Translations under genes and position numbers: made by a program
NCBI RefSeq assembly: GCF_001194135.2
Contig: NC_068983.1
Location: 32,187,944-32,251,943, forward strand
Direction: 5' to 3'
DNA length: 64,000 nucleotides
Source of the DNA: Octopus bimaculoides
Taxonomy: Eukaryota
Notes under the pieces: model-generated
Told to the model about the DNA's origin: nothing
Databases searched by the model: none
Seen by the model: only the letters and a program-made list of their open reading frames with translations
In this document: positions 61,880-64,000 of the stretch, one piece after another
Layout: each line of letters opens with the position of its first letter
Numbering within the stretch: position 1 is the stretch's first letter

Positions 61880-63250
61880 ATAATTAATCAGGTTGTCTAC
61901 AAGGGAGTCATACCCAATGATGGGTGTAACAACATTATAGTCAACTGCTACAAAGGTGACATCTTAGACAGAAATAATTACAGAGGTGTCAAATTGCTGG
62001 ACCAGGTGATGAAAGTTACAGAAAGGGTGTAGAGTTAGCCTAGATGAGATGCAGTTTGGTTTTTTGGCAAGAAGAAGCACTACTGATGCTATCTTCCTGG
62101 TGCGGCAGCTGCTGGAGAAGTATTTAGCCAAAAATAAATTTCTGTTTTTGGCTTTTGTTGACATGGAGAAAATCTTTGTCAGAGTCCTCACTCCTTTATC
62201 TGCTGGCAAATGTGGAAGCTGTGGATGGATGAGTGGGTGGTGAGAGCTGTAAAAGCCATGTATAGGGATGCTGCCAGTAAGGTGAAAGCTGGCAATGAGT
62301 ATAGCAAGACATTTAGTGTACAAGTAAATAGTTCACCAAGGATTGGTTCTCAGCCCCCTCTTATTCATCCTTGTTCTCTGGGACATAACAGAGGAATTTC
62401 AGACTGGCTGCTCTTGGGAGCTCTTCTATGCTGATGACCTTGTTCTAATTGCTGAATCACCACTAGAACTAGAGAGGAAACTGCAGGTGTGGAACCAAGG
62501 TATAGAATCAAAGGACCTTAGTGTTAATTTAGCAAAGACCTTAGTGTTAATTTAGGAAAACAGACAAATCACTGATCCCTTCAGAGTGATGGCCCTGCTT
62601 GATATGTAGAAAAGGTATGGGTAGAAACTACATATAGTGTACCCAGTGCAAGTTATGGACACATAAGAGGTGCAGTAGTATCACAGGAAGGTTAAAAGAG
62701 AAAGTAGTCTTTGTGTGCGGCAGATGTGCAGGTACAATAAACATTAGGAATGTGCAGAAAATAAACTCCCTCAAATGTCTGGTGGGTGGATCCTTAGAAG
62801 ACGTAGATAGTTTTTGCTACCTAGGTGACCAAATTAGCAGTAGAGAAGGAGGCTTTGAAAGCGTAGTTGCTAGAATAAGAACAGAGTGGGAAAATATCAA
62901 AGAGCTACTACCTTAGTTGGTAACAAAGGGCCTCTCCCTCAGAGTGAATGATATGACGCCTTTGCGTGAAAAGCTATGCTACATGGGAGTGAGACATAGG
63001 CTGTAACTATTGAGGACATGTGAAGGCTTGATGGGTAGTGTTAGCATACATGTGTGACAATGTACACTAAATTGAGTATAAGAGGCATCAGATGTAGTTT
63101 GCAAGAGAGAAGGGTTGGTCTCTAATTGCAGAGGGAACATGTGGAAGATACGGGGTAAAGTGGTGAGAAAGGATCTTCAGGTGTTGGGCTTCACTGAGAG
63201 GACAGTGGACAGAGACTTCTGGTATTTTGCTGTGCTTGAGAAGACATCTA
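61880..63250 (+). mobile_element. RTE-clade LINE RT fragment
   Basis: NYRGVKLL, QFGF..RRSTTDAIFLVRQL, LAFVDMEK, ELFYADDLVLIAES motifs in broken frames. Confidence 0.85.
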
Positions 63251-63861
63251 GCTAAGTAAAAGTGTAGCTATCTATACAAGCAAGCATGTTCCTCTGTCAG
63301 CCAAGAAGTCCTCGTTTTGTGGTCTCATGTGGGCTGGTGTCATGTAAAAAGCAGCTGTGTTTTTGTCACATAAGGACCTGTACCAGTGCCACCTAGAACA
63401 GCACGTTTGGAGACTATGTAAAAAGCATGCATGTACACACATTCCATTTCTACAAAGACACCAACCTTAAAGATGCACCCATTTTCCATAAAACCTTTTC
63501 CAGAAAACTCTTGCCAACTTACAACGACCACCCCAAGAAATGGTGTTTTTCGTACCAAGGGACATAACTCTTAACTTAACCCTGGCTCGGTTCATTTCAT
63601 TGTCTTTTTTACAGCAACCACAAACTGGATGCGTCTGCTCACCTTTAACAATAGAGAGCAGTCACCATATTTCATACCATAATGGCTTTGTCTGAGGAGC
63701 ACAAAGTTACATAATCAGACTGTTACCTAACACTCTGTTGAACCCCCCCCATGTGAAACTGATTGGTAAGATTGGCTGTAATGGAGATATAATATTAATA
63801 TACCCACTCTACTAACAATTCAACAAGTGCATTTTTTCCTGACTTATGGATTCTTAGACGT

Positions 63862-63929
63862 CTCTCTCTCTCTCTCTCTCTCGCTCTCTCTCTCTCGCTC
63901 TCTCTCTCTCTCGCTCTCTCTCTCTCTCG

Positions 63930-63967
<38 letters not shown>

Positions 63968-64000
63968 ATGTATATATATATATATATATATATACACACA
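63862..64000. repeat. (CT)n/(CTCTCTCTCG)n and (TA)n microsatellite
   Basis: Direct reading of the sequence. Confidence 0.9.

Overview
AT-rich, repeat-dense animal genomic DNA. The SINE/RTE repeat families and microsatellites look like those of an octopod cephalopod; this is inference, not a database result. Three host genes are recognisable: a LYSET/TMEM251 homolog (minus, one coding exon, 12644-13123), PEX6 with an uninterrupted 1112-codon CDS (minus, 32666-36004), and RPLP0 (plus, 8 coding exons, 46863-49887). The ORF track misses the most informative feature: the RPLP0 introns and 5' region host five snoRNAs. These are two U17/SNORA73 (snR30) paralogs (one with an extra cUUCGg hairpin), a U22/SNORD22, a SNORD59/snR54-like C/D guide with a C at the site-selecting +5 position, and a canonical H/ACA guide matching LSU rRNA. 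Mobile DNA includes an intact Merlin/IS1595-type DDE transposase, several GG-terminated MITEs with 8-bp TSDs (some foldbacks carry TTAGGG cores), a broken mariner, a solo LTR with a 4-bp TSD, a hAT MITE, RTE/CR1/Penelope fragments and degenerate hammerhead-like motifs. There are two assembly gaps (53254-53331, 60335-60741).
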